From IMG/VR virus record IMGVR_UViG_3300037466_002047: a DNA stretch of 64,000 nt. One strand, written 5' to 3'. A program made the translations under genes and the position numbers. The stretch is from an uncultured virus (IMG/VR IMGVR_UViG_3300037466_002047) (Duplodnaviria; Heunggongvirae; Uroviricota; Caudoviricetes). Of the stretch, positions 19,586-31,400 are shown piece by piece. The notes under the pieces were generated by a model. That model was given only the letters and a program-made list of their open reading frames with translations. It made no database searches and was not told where the DNA came from. Each line of letters opens with the position of its first letter. Position 1 is the stretch's first letter.

Positions 19586-22063
19586 ATGGCCACCGCCACC
19601 ATCGATCAGGACACCGCGGCACCCGACGCGATCTCAAACGCGCCGCAGGACGCCGATGATCCGCGCCCGGTCAGCAAGCTCTCTCCGAGCGAGCAATTCG
19701 AGGTCTTGAAGCGGTGGTGGCGGGCAGACGCCGATCACTCTCGCGAATGGCGGCGTGAGGCGCGGGACTCCTTCGGCTTCCGTGCTGGCGAGCAGTTGTC
19801 GCCGGAAGACAAGGCCGCGCTCGATGAGAAGAATCGGCCGCACATCGTCTTCAACCGGGTGCTGCTGATCCTCAAAGCCGTGGCGGGCATGGAGATCAAC
19901 GGACGGCACGAGATCTCGTTCATCCCGCGCAAAACCGAGGATACGGCGGTCAACGAATTGCTGACCGGCGCATCAAAGTGGATGGCGGATAATTGCGACG
20001 GCGAGGATGAGGAGTCGCAAGCCTTCGAAGATTGCTGCACCTGCGGCATGGGCTGGACAGAGAGCCGCATGTCATTCGAGGACGACGAGGAAGGCTCGTA
20101 CATCGAGGAATCCGTCGATCCGATTGAGATGTATTGGGACCGGACGGCGCGGAAAAAGAACATCAGCGACGCCCGGCGCATGTCACGCGTCCGCCGCATG
20201 CCGTTTGCCGATGCCACGGCGATGTTCCCGGGCAAGACGCGCCTGCAATTGGATGCGCGATGGGCCGATGACAATATGGGCGACTACCCGGAGCGCACGC
20301 TCGAGGAGCGGCGCATCCGTGACGCGGAGAACTCCGGCATCGACCCGCTCGATGACCAGACTGAGGTCACCATCGTCAACATGCAGTGGATCGAGAAGGA
20401 GCCGTATTGGCTCGTTGCCGATCTGCAGACGAACCGCAAGGTGGCGCTGAGCACCACCGAGTATCAGCAATTCTCCAAGCGCATGCAGACGCTCGCCAAG
20501 ATGGTCCCGCCGGAGATGGCCGGGCAATTTCAGGTGCACGCGGTGCGCATGGTCCGGAAGGTCTACAAATCTGCCTTCCTCGGCGGCGAGTTGCTGCAGG
20601 AAGCGCAGAGCACGCCCATCGATAAGCAATTCTCATGGGCTTGCATCACTGGCGAGCGCGACGCCGAGAAAAAGGTGTGGTTCGGGCTCGTCCGGCCGAT
20701 GCGCGATCCGCAGATGTGGGCGAACAAGTGGCTCGCGCAGATCCTGCACATCCTCAACACGACCGCAAAGGGCGGCATCCTTGCTGAGGAGGACGCATTC
20801 GAGGACCAGCGCGAAGCAGAGAACAGCTACGCGCAGGCCGACACGATCACCTACGTCGCGAACGGCGCGCTGTCGGGTGAGAAGCCGAGGATATTGCCGA
20901 AGCCCGGCGCTGGCGACCCGGCGAAGTACGTCGACCTGCTCCAGTTTGCGGTGTCATCGATCCGCGACGTGATCGGCGTGAATCTTGAATTGCTCGGGCA
21001 GCAAGACATGCAGCAGCCGGGCGTGGTCGAGATGATGCGCAAGCAGGCGGGTATGACGGTGCTCGCGACGCTGTTCGACTCGCTGCGCCGTTTCCGCAAG
21101 ATCGTCGGCCGCAAGCGCTTGTTCTTCATCCAGAACTACCTCTCGGACGGCCGCATCATCCGCGTGGCCGGGCAGGATGAGGTCAAGGCGCTGCCGCTGC
21201 TCAAGCAGCAGACGCTCGGTGAATACGATGTGGTGGTCGATGACACGCCGACCAGCCCGAACCAAAAAGAGGCGAATTGGGCGATCATCCAGCCGTTGCT
21301 GGCGGTGTTTAAGGATCAACTCGTCGCCAACCCTGAAATCTTCGCCATGCTGCTGGAGTACTCGCCGCTGCCGAACCGGGTGGTGGAAGCGATCAAGTCG
21401 TTCATCGGAAAGATGCAGCAGAATCCCGACTCCCAGGTCGACAAGAACCTGCAGCGCCAACTCATCATCTCGGAGATCACGAAGAACCAGAGCACGGCCG
21501 AAATGCAGGACGCCAAAGCAGGCGCGACGCAGCAAACGGCGCTCTACGACTTCGCGATGGCCAAGCACATGCTCGAGTCCGGCCAGTACGGGCAACTCAA
21601 GGCGCACCTCGACGCGATGGAGGCATCTGCAAAGGTCCAGGCCGCGCAATCGAATGCGGTCAAGGCAGGGGCAGACGCCGATCACTCGCGGGCAAAGGCC
21701 GCGCGCGAGGTCGTCGGCACGAAACTCGATCTCATGAATGCCCGGCGACAGCACGCCGACCAACAGCATCAGCACGGCATGGATGCCGCCGGTCATCACC
21801 GCGAAATGCTCGGCCATCTGGTCGACAGCATCGGTGCCGTGGCCGGGGCGCATCGCGATATGGCGGCCGCGGCGAAGGATCGAGCCCAGGCCAGCATCAT
21901 GCCGGTGCAGGCGCAGACCGAACGCTTGCAGGCGCACACGCAAGCGCATGCAGCGCGCAGCGCGGATCACCGCAACCGGGCGGCGGCCGAGAAAGATCGC
22001 GTGGCTGCCGCTCGAGACGCGGCGACGCCGATTCAGCAGCCGGGGATGGCAGGCCAGCAATGA
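19586..22063 (+). CDS. portal protein (P22-like) with long C-terminal extension
   Basis: NRPHIVFNR, FED...CGMGW, FGLVRPMRDPQ..AN, YDVVVD..PTSPNQ; follows TerL. Confidence 0.9.
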   Translation: MATATIDQDTAAPDAISNAPQDADDPRPVSKLSPSEQFEVLKRWWRADADHSREWRREARDSFGFRAGEQLSPEDKAALDEKNRPHIVFNRVLLILKAVAGMEINGRHEISFIPRKTEDTAVNELLTGASKWMADNCDGEDEESQAFEDCCTCGMGWTESRMSFEDDEEGSYIEESVDPIEMYWDRTARKKNISDARRMSRVRRMPFADATAMFPGKTRLQLDARWADDNMGDYPERTLEERRIRDAENSGIDPLDDQTEVTIVNMQWIEKEPYWLVADLQTNRKVALSTTEYQQFSKRMQTLAKMVPPEMAGQFQVHAVRMVRKVYKSAFLGGELLQEAQSTPIDKQFSWACITGERDAEKKVWFGLVRPMRDPQMWANKWLAQILHILNTTAKGGILAEEDAFEDQREAENSYAQADTITYVANGALSGEKPRILPKPGAGDPAKYVDLLQFAVSSIRDVIGVNLELLGQQDMQQPGVVEMMRKQAGMTVLATLFDSLRRFRKIVGRKRLFFIQNYLSDGRIIRVAGQDEVKALPLLKQQTLGEYDVVVDDTPTSPNQKEANWAIIQPLLAVFKDQLVANPEIFAMLLEYSPLPNRVVEAIKSFIGKMQQNPDSQVDKNLQRQLIISEITKNQSTAEMQDAKAGATQQTALYDFAMAKHMLESGQYGQLKAHLDAMEASAKVQAAQSNAVKAGADADHSRAKAAREVVGTKLDLMNARRQHADQQHQHGMDAAGHHREMLGHLVDSIGAVAGAHRDMAAAAKDRAQASIMPVQAQTERLQAHTQAHAARSADHRNRAAAEKDRVAAARDAATPIQQPGMAGQQ

Positions 22064-22407
22064 CGCGCGCGCGGGCGGCGCTTTTCCGCCATTTGCAGAT
22101 CTTCTTCGAAACGCACCTGCGGGGCATTCATCGCTATGATGAATTTGCCCCGTACGTCGCTCAAGACGCCGAGCCCGAGCCGGGCAAGCGCCGGTGGGCG
22201 CACGGCAAGCTCAAGGAAATTGTGGAAGGGCGCTTCGGGGATTACGAAATCCTGTTAGCGTCCCCCCTCGAAGTCCCGCCGCTCGGGCGGGTCTCGCTTC
22301 GCGCCGTTGATGGCGGGTTTAACATCAGTGGACCGATAGACTCGGCCACGTTTGACCGCATGGGCGAGGCGATCAGGTTTCACCACAGGCAAAGGGAGAG
22401 TGTCTGA
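22060..22407 (+). CDS. hypothetical protein
   Basis: coupled between portal and scaffold. Confidence 0.6.
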   Translation: MTRARAALFRHLQIFFETHLRGIHRYDEFAPYVAQDAEPEPGKRRWAHGKLKEIVEGRFGDYEILLASPLEVPPLGRVSLRAVDGGFNISGPIDSATFDRMGEAIRFHHRQRESV

Positions 22408-23564
22408 TGTCCGGAGAGTCTGCACAGGGCGGCGAGGCCGCGGCGGCAGAGATGATGCTCGATGATGGATTCAGCGCGGATGAGCGCGCTGCATTCGATG
22501 CGATGATGACGGGAGAGCCTGCGCCAGATCCCGCACTTGAGCAGCCCGTCGAACCGATTGTCGATCCGACCGCGACCGGCGAGCAGCCCGACCCTGCGCT
22601 TGCGGCGGCCGAGGGCGACGATGACGATGAGGCGGACGGTCAACAGCCCGCTCAGCAGCAGAACGCCCAAGTCGACAAGGACGGCAAGCCGCTCCCACGC
22701 CGGGTGAATTACAACAAGTTCGCCCGCATGGAGGACCGCGCGAAGAAAGCAGAGGGCGAACTCGCGCAATTGAAAGAGATGTTCACGCGCACCGACGAGC
22801 GGCTGAAACTGCTCAACGACGCGCTCACGGCCGGGCAGCGGAAAGAGGTCAAAGAACAGCGCGATGAGGATCCCGAGCCCGACCCGGAAAAGGATATCTT
22901 CGGCTGGGTGAAGTGGGCTCAGCGCGACCGGCAGCGCATGATGCAGCAACTGCAGGGGCAGCAGCAGTCGCGGCAGGCCGACCAGGGCGAGCAGCAGCTT
23001 AAGCAGTTCTATCGCGACGACGTGCAGGTGTTCGCTCAGCAGGAACCCAACTTCGCTGCTGCGTATGACCACCTGATCCGCTCGCGCGCGGTGGAATTGG
23101 CGCAATACTTCTTCGGCAAGGACATCACCGAAGGCGAGCGCCTCACGCCTCCCGAACTCCAGCGCATCCGCGCCGCGATCTCGAGCGAGGAGCGGGCGCT
23201 GGTGGCCGAGGCGGCGCAGAACCGGCAGTCCCCGGCCAAGCGGGTGTTCATGCTGGCCAAGGCGCGGGGCTTTAAGCCCGGCGTGGCGGCCCAGCCTGGG
23301 GCACAGGGCGCGCAAAACGGGCAGGGCGGGCAACAGCAGCCTGCCGCTCGGCAAAACGCACAGGCGGCTTCCGCAGCGCCATCGGTGGCTGAGGAGATCG
23401 CCCGCATCCAGCGCGGCACCCGCCAGCCGAGCCTGAGCCAAGGCGGCGGTGCTCCGGCCAACCCGATGACGGCCGAGCGGCTCGCGAACATGCCTCAAGA
23501 GGAATTCGAGCGCATGGTCGAGCACATGAGCGACGCCCAACTGCAGCAATTCATGGGCGCGTGA
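22407..23564 (+). CDS. scaffolding protein
   Basis: acidic disordered N-terminus, coiled coils, positioned between portal and capsid. Confidence 0.75.
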   Translation: MSGESAQGGEAAAAEMMLDDGFSADERAAFDAMMTGEPAPDPALEQPVEPIVDPTATGEQPDPALAAAEGDDDDEADGQQPAQQQNAQVDKDGKPLPRRVNYNKFARMEDRAKKAEGELAQLKEMFTRTDERLKLLNDALTAGQRKEVKEQRDEDPEPDPEKDIFGWVKWAQRDRQRMMQQLQGQQQSRQADQGEQQLKQFYRDDVQVFAQQEPNFAAAYDHLIRSRAVELAQYFFGKDITEGERLTPPELQRIRAAISSEERALVAEAAQNRQSPAKRVFMLAKARGFKPGVAAQPGAQGAQNGQGGQQQPAARQNAQAASAAPSVAEEIARIQRGTRQPSLSQGGGAPANPMTAERLANMPQEEFERMVEHMSDAQLQQFMGA

Positions 23565-23586
23565 CCGCAGGTTTAGGCGAGTGACG

Positions 23587-23616
23587 AACCGGGGGAGTTT
23601 GACTCTCCCGGTTTTT
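23587..23616 (+). terminator. rho-independent terminator
   Basis: AACCGGGGGAG-TTTGA-CTCTCCCGGTT-TTT after the scaffold gene. Confidence 0.7.
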
Positions 23617-23816
23617 CCGTTCTAAGAATTTGATGCCGCGAAGATGCGAGTCGAGAGACAGGGCACTTTCGCGAAGTCGGACGCCTCCCGGTTTAAGCAG
23701 GCAAGCGCAGCATCCGGCGCATACCACGGAGCCCCGCAGCGCAGCGATAACCGCGCACCCCGAATTCCGACGTCACCGCACGCTCGCGTGCAACTTGAAC
23801 AAGGGTGCAGCCCCAA

Positions 23817-24920
23817 ATGTCCATCACCTCCTATGGCGTCAATGACGCCTTGGCGATCAAGCTCTGGTCGAAGAAGCTCGACCACGAGGCGCTGAAATAT
23901 ACCGACATCGGCCCGCTGGTCGGTGACGACGCAAACTCCGTCATCCACCGCAAGACCGAGATGCAGAAGGGCCCCGGCGATAAGGTTACCTTCGGCATCC
24001 GCATGCAGTTGTCCGGCGCTGGCTTCACCGAAAACCAGCTTGCCGAGGGCAACGGCGAGTCGCTCACGACCTACAACGATGCGCTGACCATCAACGAACT
24101 CGGTCACGTCGTCGGTGTGAAGTCGGAGAACACCATCGACGCGCAGCGCGTCCCGTTCAGCCTCCGCGCCGAGGCCAAGAGCGGCCTCGCGGATTGGTGG
24201 CAGAAGCGCTATTCGGTGACGTTCTTCAATCAGGTCTGCGGCTACACGGTGCAGGGCGACACGCGCTACACCGGCTTGCAGGCCGTGCTGGCTGCCACGC
24301 GCATCATCCGGCAGTCCGGCCGCGCGAACGACGAGTCGCTGGTTGCCGCGGACACCTTCACTCTCGATCTGATCGATAAGGCGAAGGAAACCGCGACCAC
24401 GGCGACGCCGAAGATCCGGCCGATTGCGGTGAAGGGCGCTGGTGGTGGCGATGGCCGCCGCGACTTCAACGCGACGCTCACCGACAAGTACATCATGTAC
24501 TTGCATCCATATCAGGTCACCGACCTCCGGAAGAACACCTCGACCGGCCAGTGGCTCGATATCCAAAAGGCCGCGTACATGGGCATGGGCGCGACCCGCA
24601 ACCCGATCTATTCGGGTGCCCTGGGCGAGTACAACGGCGTGATCCTGCGCAGCGCCATTGACGTCACCAATGGCGTCTCGAGCGCCGGTGCCGACGCCCC
24701 GAACGTCAAGCGCGCGGTGCTGCTCGGCGGTCAGGCGTGCATGATCGGCTTCGGCCAGAAGAATGCCCCCAGCAAATTCCGCTGGAACGAGGAGTTGTTC
24801 GATCACAAGCGCCGCCTCGAGGTGTCCGCTTGGTCGATCTGGGGTCTGAAGAAGACTCAGTACAACGGCAATGACTACGGCGTGGTGGTCGTCGCGACCT
24901 ACGCCGTGGCGCACACCTAA
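23817..24920 (+). CDS. major capsid protein (N4-gp56/DUF4043-like)
   Basis: KLWSKKL, KGPGDKVTF, AEGNGESL, GALGEYNGVIL, RAVLLGGQA, WNEELFD, GLKKTQYNGNDYG. Confidence 0.9.
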   Translation: MSITSYGVNDALAIKLWSKKLDHEALKYTDIGPLVGDDANSVIHRKTEMQKGPGDKVTFGIRMQLSGAGFTENQLAEGNGESLTTYNDALTINELGHVVGVKSENTIDAQRVPFSLRAEAKSGLADWWQKRYSVTFFNQVCGYTVQGDTRYTGLQAVLAATRIIRQSGRANDESLVAADTFTLDLIDKAKETATTATPKIRPIAVKGAGGGDGRRDFNATLTDKYIMYLHPYQVTDLRKNTSTGQWLDIQKAAYMGMGATRNPIYSGALGEYNGVILRSAIDVTNGVSSAGADAPNVKRAVLLGGQACMIGFGQKNAPSKFRWNEELFDHKRRLEVSAWSIWGLKKTQYNGNDYGVVVVATYAVAHT

Positions 24921-25006
24921 CGGCCTGACGGCTGACCGCTCCACCGGCTGATGCCCTCCCCTTCGGGGGAGGGTGAGGCCAGAACCAAACGAGGCAAGGA
25001 ACTCAA

Positions 25007-25429
25007 ATGGCCACTGGAACCGCTGCGGTCGTTCCTGCTCCCCGGCAGGCCCCGCGTCAGGTCATCAACAGCCTGAAAAAGACCGTCAACTGGAACGACG
25101 TCGGCATCGGTGCAGGCGTTGCATTTGACGCGTCGCTCCCGATGGGTGCGTTCGTTGTCGACGTGCTCGCTGAGATCGTGACCCCGTTCAACGCGGGCAC
25201 GACGAACGTGCTCACTGTCGGCACCAACGCATCCCGCGATGACATCATCGCCGCCGGTGACGTCGATGAGAGCACGGCCGCGGTCACCCGCGTGACCACC
25301 GGCCTCGGCCGTTCGCTCGCGGCTGCTGCCGACAAGATCGTCTACGCGAAGTACGCGCAGACTGGCGCTGCCGCGACGGCGGGTCAGGCTGTGATCGTCA
25401 TCGTTTACGAAGGCGGCTGGGCGTCCTAA
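25007..25429 (+). CDS. capsid decoration/cement-like protein
   Basis: LPMGAFVVDV...VTPFNAGTTNVLTVG...AATAGQA; immediately after the capsid gene. Confidence 0.65.
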   Translation: MATGTAAVVPAPRQAPRQVINSLKKTVNWNDVGIGAGVAFDASLPMGAFVVDVLAEIVTPFNAGTTNVLTVGTNASRDDIIAAGDVDESTAAVTRVTTGLGRSLAAAADKIVYAKYAQTGAAATAGQAVIVIVYEGGWAS

Positions 25430-25507
25430 TCGGGCGGCCGACCGGCTATCGGGCTCCACCGGCCGCCGCGAGGGCACATCGCTCTCCGGCGGCTTTTCCA
25501 AACGGGG

Positions 25508-25990
25508 ATGATGATGACCCTTCGACTTCGATCATTTGCCATTGCGGCGGCCGTTGCGCTGATCGGCATTGGCACGGCTGCGTATGCAGCGCGCGTGTCC
25601 GGCACGACCGGCACTGAGATGCGATTCCAGCAAGAGGCGCTCAAGATGGGCGCTCCTGCGATGGTCAACGCGACCGGCACGGCAGCGTCCGGCGCGGTGA
25701 CGCTCAATCAGGCAGCCTCCGGCGTGATCACCTCCGAGGCGCTGACCACGGCGGCCGGTGGCGATTACACGCTCACGATCACCGACGACGCCATCGCGGC
25801 TGCGGATATTGTGCTCGCGTCCGTGCAGAACGGCACGAACACGACGGTCGAGCCAGCGATTACGACCGTCGCTCCGGCGGCTGGCTCGGTAGTGATCAAG
25901 GTGCGAAACCTGCACGCATCGAGCGCGCTCAACGGGACCATCAAAGTCTCGTTCTTGGTCATTCACACCGCGGCGCTCAACGCAGAGTAA
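25508..25990 (+). CDS. virion protein with hydrophobic N-terminus
   Basis: ASGVITSEALTTAAG...GSVVIKVRN...ALNGTIKVSF. Confidence 0.65.
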   Translation: MMMTLRLRSFAIAAAVALIGIGTAAYAARVSGTTGTEMRFQQEALKMGAPAMVNATGTAASGAVTLNQAASGVITSEALTTAAGGDYTLTITDDAIAAADIVLASVQNGTNTTVEPAITTVAPAAGSVVIKVRNLHASSALNGTIKVSFLVIHTAALNAE

Positions 25991-26011
25991 TCGCCGCTCC
26001 GGAGGGCCGGG

Positions 26012-26689
26012 ATGGCTGGCGACCTCGCCACGATGAAGGCTCGGATCGCGTCAGAGATTGCGCGGTCCGACCTCACGACACAGATCGCCAGCGCGATCAC
26101 AGACGCCATCGGCATCTACCAGAAAGAGCGCTTCCGCTTTAACGAAGCGGTGCCCGACGATGCTAAGTCGTTCCAGACGGTGGCCGGGCAGGCGATCTAC
26201 ACGGCCAACGACCTCGCAGACATCGCGACGGTGCAATCACTCGACTACCTGCTGATGCAGGTGGGAGTGACGCTGTTCGCGCTCAAGCGCGAGGATCCCG
26301 AGATCGTCCGCATGTACAATCAGACCTCGCAGATGATGGGTCAGCCCGGCTGGTTCGCCTATGAGGGCAACGAACTCATCCTCGCAGCCATCCCCGACAA
26401 GGCGTACACGATCATCCTGGGCGGGTATTTCGTGGCTCCGGCTCCGGCGAGCGATGACGAGGTCGGCAATAAGTGGATGACGGACGCCGAGCGCCTCATC
26501 CGCGCGCGCGCGAAATACGAGATCGCCTGCCACGTCACGCGCAACGCGAAGATGAAGCAGGACATGAGCCCAGACGCGCCGGAGGACAACGGCGGCATGG
26601 TCGGCGCTACGTATCGCGAGGAGCGGCTGCTCAAGGCTGAGGCCAATCGTATCACCGGCCGCGGGATCATTCGCCCGATGCAATTCTGA
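26012..26689 (+). CDS. head-tail adaptor
   Basis: MKARIASEIARSDLT.QI..AI.DAI..Y...RFRFNE; position. Confidence 0.75.
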   Translation: MAGDLATMKARIASEIARSDLTTQIASAITDAIGIYQKERFRFNEAVPDDAKSFQTVAGQAIYTANDLADIATVQSLDYLLMQVGVTLFALKREDPEIVRMYNQTSQMMGQPGWFAYEGNELILAAIPDKAYTIILGGYFVAPAPASDDEVGNKWMTDAERLIRARAKYEIACHVTRNAKMKQDMSPDAPEDNGGMVGATYREERLLKAEANRITGRGIIRPMQF

Positions 26690-26700
26690 CGGGGCCGCCG

Positions 26701-28422
26701 ATGCCGACGATCCCATTCCCAGAATACGCTCCAGACCTCAGCGACATCGAAACCGCCTACTCCGCACTGGTGCAGGGCTGCATCCCGCGCAAGGACGGCT
26801 ATGGGCCATTCCCGACGCTGCAGGCATTCTCGCAATCGCTGCCGAGCGCGTGCCGGGGCATGTTCGTCGCGCGCCGCACGGACGGCACGGTGGCGATTTT
26901 CGGGGCGACATCCACCGACCTCTACCTACTCGACAACACGAGCTTCACGTGGTCGAACGTCTCGAAGGGCGGCACGAGCTATTCCGCACTGCTCTCAGGA
27001 CAGAACTGGCGCATTGTCCAATTTGCCGACACGGTGGTGGCGGTCCAGCGCGGGACCGTTCCGCAGAAATTCGTGCTCGCGTCATCGGCGGCTTTTGAGG
27101 ATCTGGGGGGATCGCCGCCCGCGTGCTCGCATATCGCGGTGATCGGCGGGTTCTTGGTGCTGAGCGGGATCGTCTCACTGCCCCAGCGGGTCCAATGGAG
27201 CGACCTCTACGGCATCGAGACGTGGACGGCGGGCGTTGGCTTCTCCGACTTTCAGGATTTGGCGGACGGCGGCACCGTGCACACGGTGGCGGGCTGCGAT
27301 CTGTTCGGCGTGCTGTTTCAGGACGACCGCATCCGGCGGCTGGTCTATGTCCCGGGCTCGGCCGCGGTGTTTGAGATGGTGGTGGTGTCCACCGCTGAGT
27401 CGATCATCGGTGAGTATTCGCCCATCACGCTCGGCAATAAGATTATGTACCTCTCGTCGCAGGGATTTCGCGCTATCGGCGGCGACGGCGAGCCAACCTA
27501 CATCGGGAAAGAGCGTGTCGACCGGACGGTGCTGGCCGATTTGGACACGACAAACCTCCAATTGCTGCAGGGGTCGACAGACCCGAGCGGCACGCGCGCG
27601 ATGTGGGCGTACAAATCGAACAACGGTCATGCCGACCTCTTCGACAAGATCGTGTGCTTCGACTTCGCGCTGAACAAATGGACGGTTCTCTCGCAATCCG
27701 GCGAGTACCTGACGTCATTTCAAAAGCCCGGCGTGACGCTGGAGGGGTTGGACGCGCTGGCTCCCGGCCAGATCACGATCAGCGGCGCGGCCGACAATGG
27801 ATCCGGCGCAATCCGGCTCACGGTGAGCGCGCTCACGAACGGCGCATTCACGCTGGGCGCGGTGGGCGCACAGGCGCAGAACTTCATCGAAGTGCAGGAC
27901 GTGGGAGGCACGACCGAGGCCAACGGGTCGTGGGCGTATACGATTATCGACGCCACGCACATTGATCTGGTCGGCTCGACGTTCACCAATGCCTACACGT
28001 CCGGCGGGGCGATTGGCGGCGCGTTGGATTCGCTGAGCGCGCCGTTTGACACGTATTCGTCGGCGGCGCTCGCGCAACTCGGCGCGGCTGGCGCTGACCA
28101 CAAGCTGGGCTTCTTCACCGGCCCGAGCATGGAAGCGATCATCGAGACAGGCGAGATGGACGGCGACGGCATGATGAGTTTCGTGACCGGCGTCACACCG
28201 ATCACCGATGCCGCCGAGGCGATGGTCTCCATCGGATATCGCAAGCGGCCGCAGGACGCGGTGACGTACAGCACCGAGACGGCCATCGATGACAATACCG
28301 GGCAGGCCCCGCAACTGGTGGAGTCGCGCTACCTGAAAGCGCGGCTGCGCATCCCCGCTGGATCGGATTGGACCTATGCACGCGGCGTGAAGCCGGAAGT
28401 GCAGATCGCGGGTGAGGTCTGA
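26701..28422 (+). CDS. tail nozzle/stabilization protein
   Basis: IPFPEYAPD N-terminus, beta-propeller-like content, RVQWS, position after the adaptor. Confidence 0.75.
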   Translation: MPTIPFPEYAPDLSDIETAYSALVQGCIPRKDGYGPFPTLQAFSQSLPSACRGMFVARRTDGTVAIFGATSTDLYLLDNTSFTWSNVSKGGTSYSALLSGQNWRIVQFADTVVAVQRGTVPQKFVLASSAAFEDLGGSPPACSHIAVIGGFLVLSGIVSLPQRVQWSDLYGIETWTAGVGFSDFQDLADGGTVHTVAGCDLFGVLFQDDRIRRLVYVPGSAAVFEMVVVSTAESIIGEYSPITLGNKIMYLSSQGFRAIGGDGEPTYIGKERVDRTVLADLDTTNLQLLQGSTDPSGTRAMWAYKSNNGHADLFDKIVCFDFALNKWTVLSQSGEYLTSFQKPGVTLEGLDALAPGQITISGAADNGSGAIRLTVSALTNGAFTLGAVGAQAQNFIEVQDVGGTTEANGSWAYTIIDATHIDLVGSTFTNAYTSGGAIGGALDSLSAPFDTYSSAALAQLGAAGADHKLGFFTGPSMEAIIETGEMDGDGMMSFVTGVTPITDAAEAMVSIGYRKRPQDAVTYSTETAIDDNTGQAPQLVESRYLKARLRIPAGSDWTYARGVKPEVQIAGEV

Positions 28423-31400
28423 TGTCCGAGTGGTATGGCTTCGATGACTACGACCCGCTCGGTGACTATGCCGCCGATCCAGCGCCTGCGCATTGGTGGC
28501 AGCGGCTCGGCGTCGAAACGCCACCGCAGACCGATCCGACCGGCATGGCGGGATCGCCCCTGGGCGACCTGAACCTATGGAATCGCATCGGACACGAAAC
28601 GTGGTTCGGCCGACTGGCGATGGCTCCATTCGCCCCAGGAACGGCGCTGAGCGGCGCGCTCACCAAGCCGATGCCTCAGACGGGGACGTGGCGTGACGTC
28701 GATGAGGCGACACGGCAGGCCAATACACAGGGCCTCGAGTCCGCGGCCGGGGATCTCGCCAACCTCGCGGTGGTGAGCGGCCTGCCGAACGTCGCGCTCG
28801 AGGGCACGGCCGGGCTCGCCAACCGCTCGATCTTCGGCAGCATGGCGGGAGCAGGGCACAATGGCGGCCCTGCGATGCCGATGGAGCCAGTGCCCGGCAC
28901 GAACCCGGGCGGTTTCTATTCGGCGGCCCAGCGCGCGATCGAGAACGCGCCGATGAAGACGCCGCAGACGATGGATCAGTGGGCGGCATGGCTGCGCAAT
29001 CAGCCGGGCGTCAAGCCGGAGGAATTGCAGTCGCTCGGCATCCACCCCGACAATCCGAATCCGAACCTCTTTACCGGCGACAAGATCGACAAGTCGGCGC
29101 TCTCCGGCCAGATCGCGGAGAACACGCCGAAGTTTACGGAGCATGCGCTGGGCGAGCCGCGCGCCGTAACCATGGACAGGCTCGAGCGAGACTTCGGCGG
29201 CTCTTTGCAGACGTTGCGCGACTATGGACTCGAGCCTGAAATCGGGCCGGACGGCGACATGCTCGCACTCTTCGACAAGCATGATCCGGAAGCCGACATG
29301 ATCCACCCGCTCGACCTCGACAGCGAGTCCTATGACGCGCCGAGCGAGGTCATCCAGGCCGGGAAGCGCCTCTGGCGCGGCTTCGAGAGCCTGCGCGAAG
29401 GCCAACCAACGAAATACGACTCATGGGCGGGCATCAAAGGGCAGAATCGCGCGGTCACTGACGACCCAAGCTCGAGCGTCGTGCCCGACGAAGCCTACCG
29501 CGAGCGCCTCTACGAATTGCAGCGGCCGCGCCGGGATGAACTCGCGCCCGATCAGACCGCGCAGGACAAGTACCGGCAGACCTGGGACGACCTCAGCGCC
29601 AAGATCACCGCGCAGCAAGAGGCGGTGAACGAGGCTCGCCGCGGCATGTCGCCCACCTTCGCTGGCGAGGTCGACAAGCTCCATAAACTCGAGGCGCTGC
29701 GCGACAACGTGCACGACCGCATGGTCGACGACACGCTCGCGCGCAAGCCGTACTGGATCAACCGCGGCATGACGGCGAACTCCGATCAGATCGCGGCGCG
29801 CGCCGACCAGCTAACAGAATCGCGCCGCGCTTATGGTCTTGGCGAAGATGAGACGCGGCCCGCGGATATGTATATGCGCGCGCGCCGTGAGTTGGACCCA
29901 TTGATGGATGCGCGGAGTTCGAGTCAGCATTTCCTCGGCGGCCATTGGGAGCCGAAAGACGTCCTCTACCACCTGCGCACGACCGAAGGGTCGATGGGAT
30001 CGCCCGACCTCGAGAGCATCACGCGCCGCATGGTCGACGCGGTGCATGGGAAGCCGGAAGGCGAAATTCCCGAGGAAATGGCGCAAGAGCGATATGAGAA
30101 TACGGTCTTTCCGGACGCCGCGACCGAAGTGCCGTTCTGGCAGAACTTGCCGGAGGCCGAAAAGCAAAAATGGCGCGAGGCGGCGAAGGCCGATTATTAC
30201 GAAGCCATGCAGGACTCGCTCGGATCGGGTGCGCCAGATCTAGCGGTCCGCAAGGGCCTCATCACCCCGGAGGAAGCCGCGGACGTCTCGCGCGCGAACG
30301 GCTGGCGGTCCGGCTACGAGGACAAGCCCGGCGTGCCCACGACCTCCTCGCATCACGTCGAGGAAGTGCAGTCCGACTGGCTGCAGAAGCTGCGCGACCA
30401 GGGCTATCAGATCCCGCCGCAGGCCGAGCCGAGCATCGAGGAAGCGCTCGCCGGGACCGGGCATAAGATCGATGAACTCCTGCCGCCGGTGAGCGGAGCG
30501 GAGAAGCAGGCGCTCGACCGCAAGGTATTCCAGGGCATGTATGGTGGCCCCGAGAAATTCGAGCAGGCCGTAGATTACATCGCGAAGGTGAACTACGAGG
30601 CCCGACAAGGTGAGGGCTCGTGGAATCGCGCATCAGAGGCGGCGAAAGAGAACCAACGGGACATCGAGCGCATGCGCGAATATCGCTCGCTGCCGCATAT
30701 GGCGAACAGCGCCGCCGATGTCGCACTCGAAAAGGGCGCGATCACTCCGGAGGAAGCCGAAGCTTGGAAGTATGCGCAGACCACGCCGGGCGCATTCCGC
30801 CTCACCTTTGGCGGGGATGGCAGCGCTCGCGAGGGCTCTACTATCCACTACAAAACCCGCGCCGATGCCGAAGAAGTGGTGAAGGATGAGTACAAAGGCG
30901 ACAAGCGCGGCATCTACCGGCTGCCGAACGGCTCCCAGCGCTTCGCACCGGGCGACAAGCTGCCCGATGGCTCGGTGGCGCAGACGCACGCGGTGAAGCT
31001 GCCCCAGGCGTACCGCGGGCAATCCGTGTTTACCGGCCGCACACCCGGCGAGGCTGAGGAAACGGCGCTCTGGCAGATGCGCAACGCCTACAATTCCCAG
31101 ATCCCAGACGCGCCGTTTAAGGGCAACTGGCACGAACTCGCGCTCAAGCAGGCGGTGCTCGATGCCGTAAAGAACGGCAAGGACGCGGTGACGTGGTGGC
31201 CTGGGCAGGTGCATGCGGATCGGTATGGGTTCGATCAGGTGGCACGCTCGATGAGCTACCAGCCGGAGACGAACCAACTCACCGTGCATTTGCATAACAC
31301 GCGCTCGGTGACGCATCGGATCGCGCCGGAGGATTTGGCGGGCCACGTCGGTCCAGAGATCGCGGAGAAGCTCACCAAGCCCATCGAGGGCGGCAACCAC

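Noticed and set aside
24953..24973. UUCG hairpin after the capsid gene as a terminator
   Set aside because: Strong stem but no U tract; more likely an mRNA-stabilising hairpin, so not called as a terminator.
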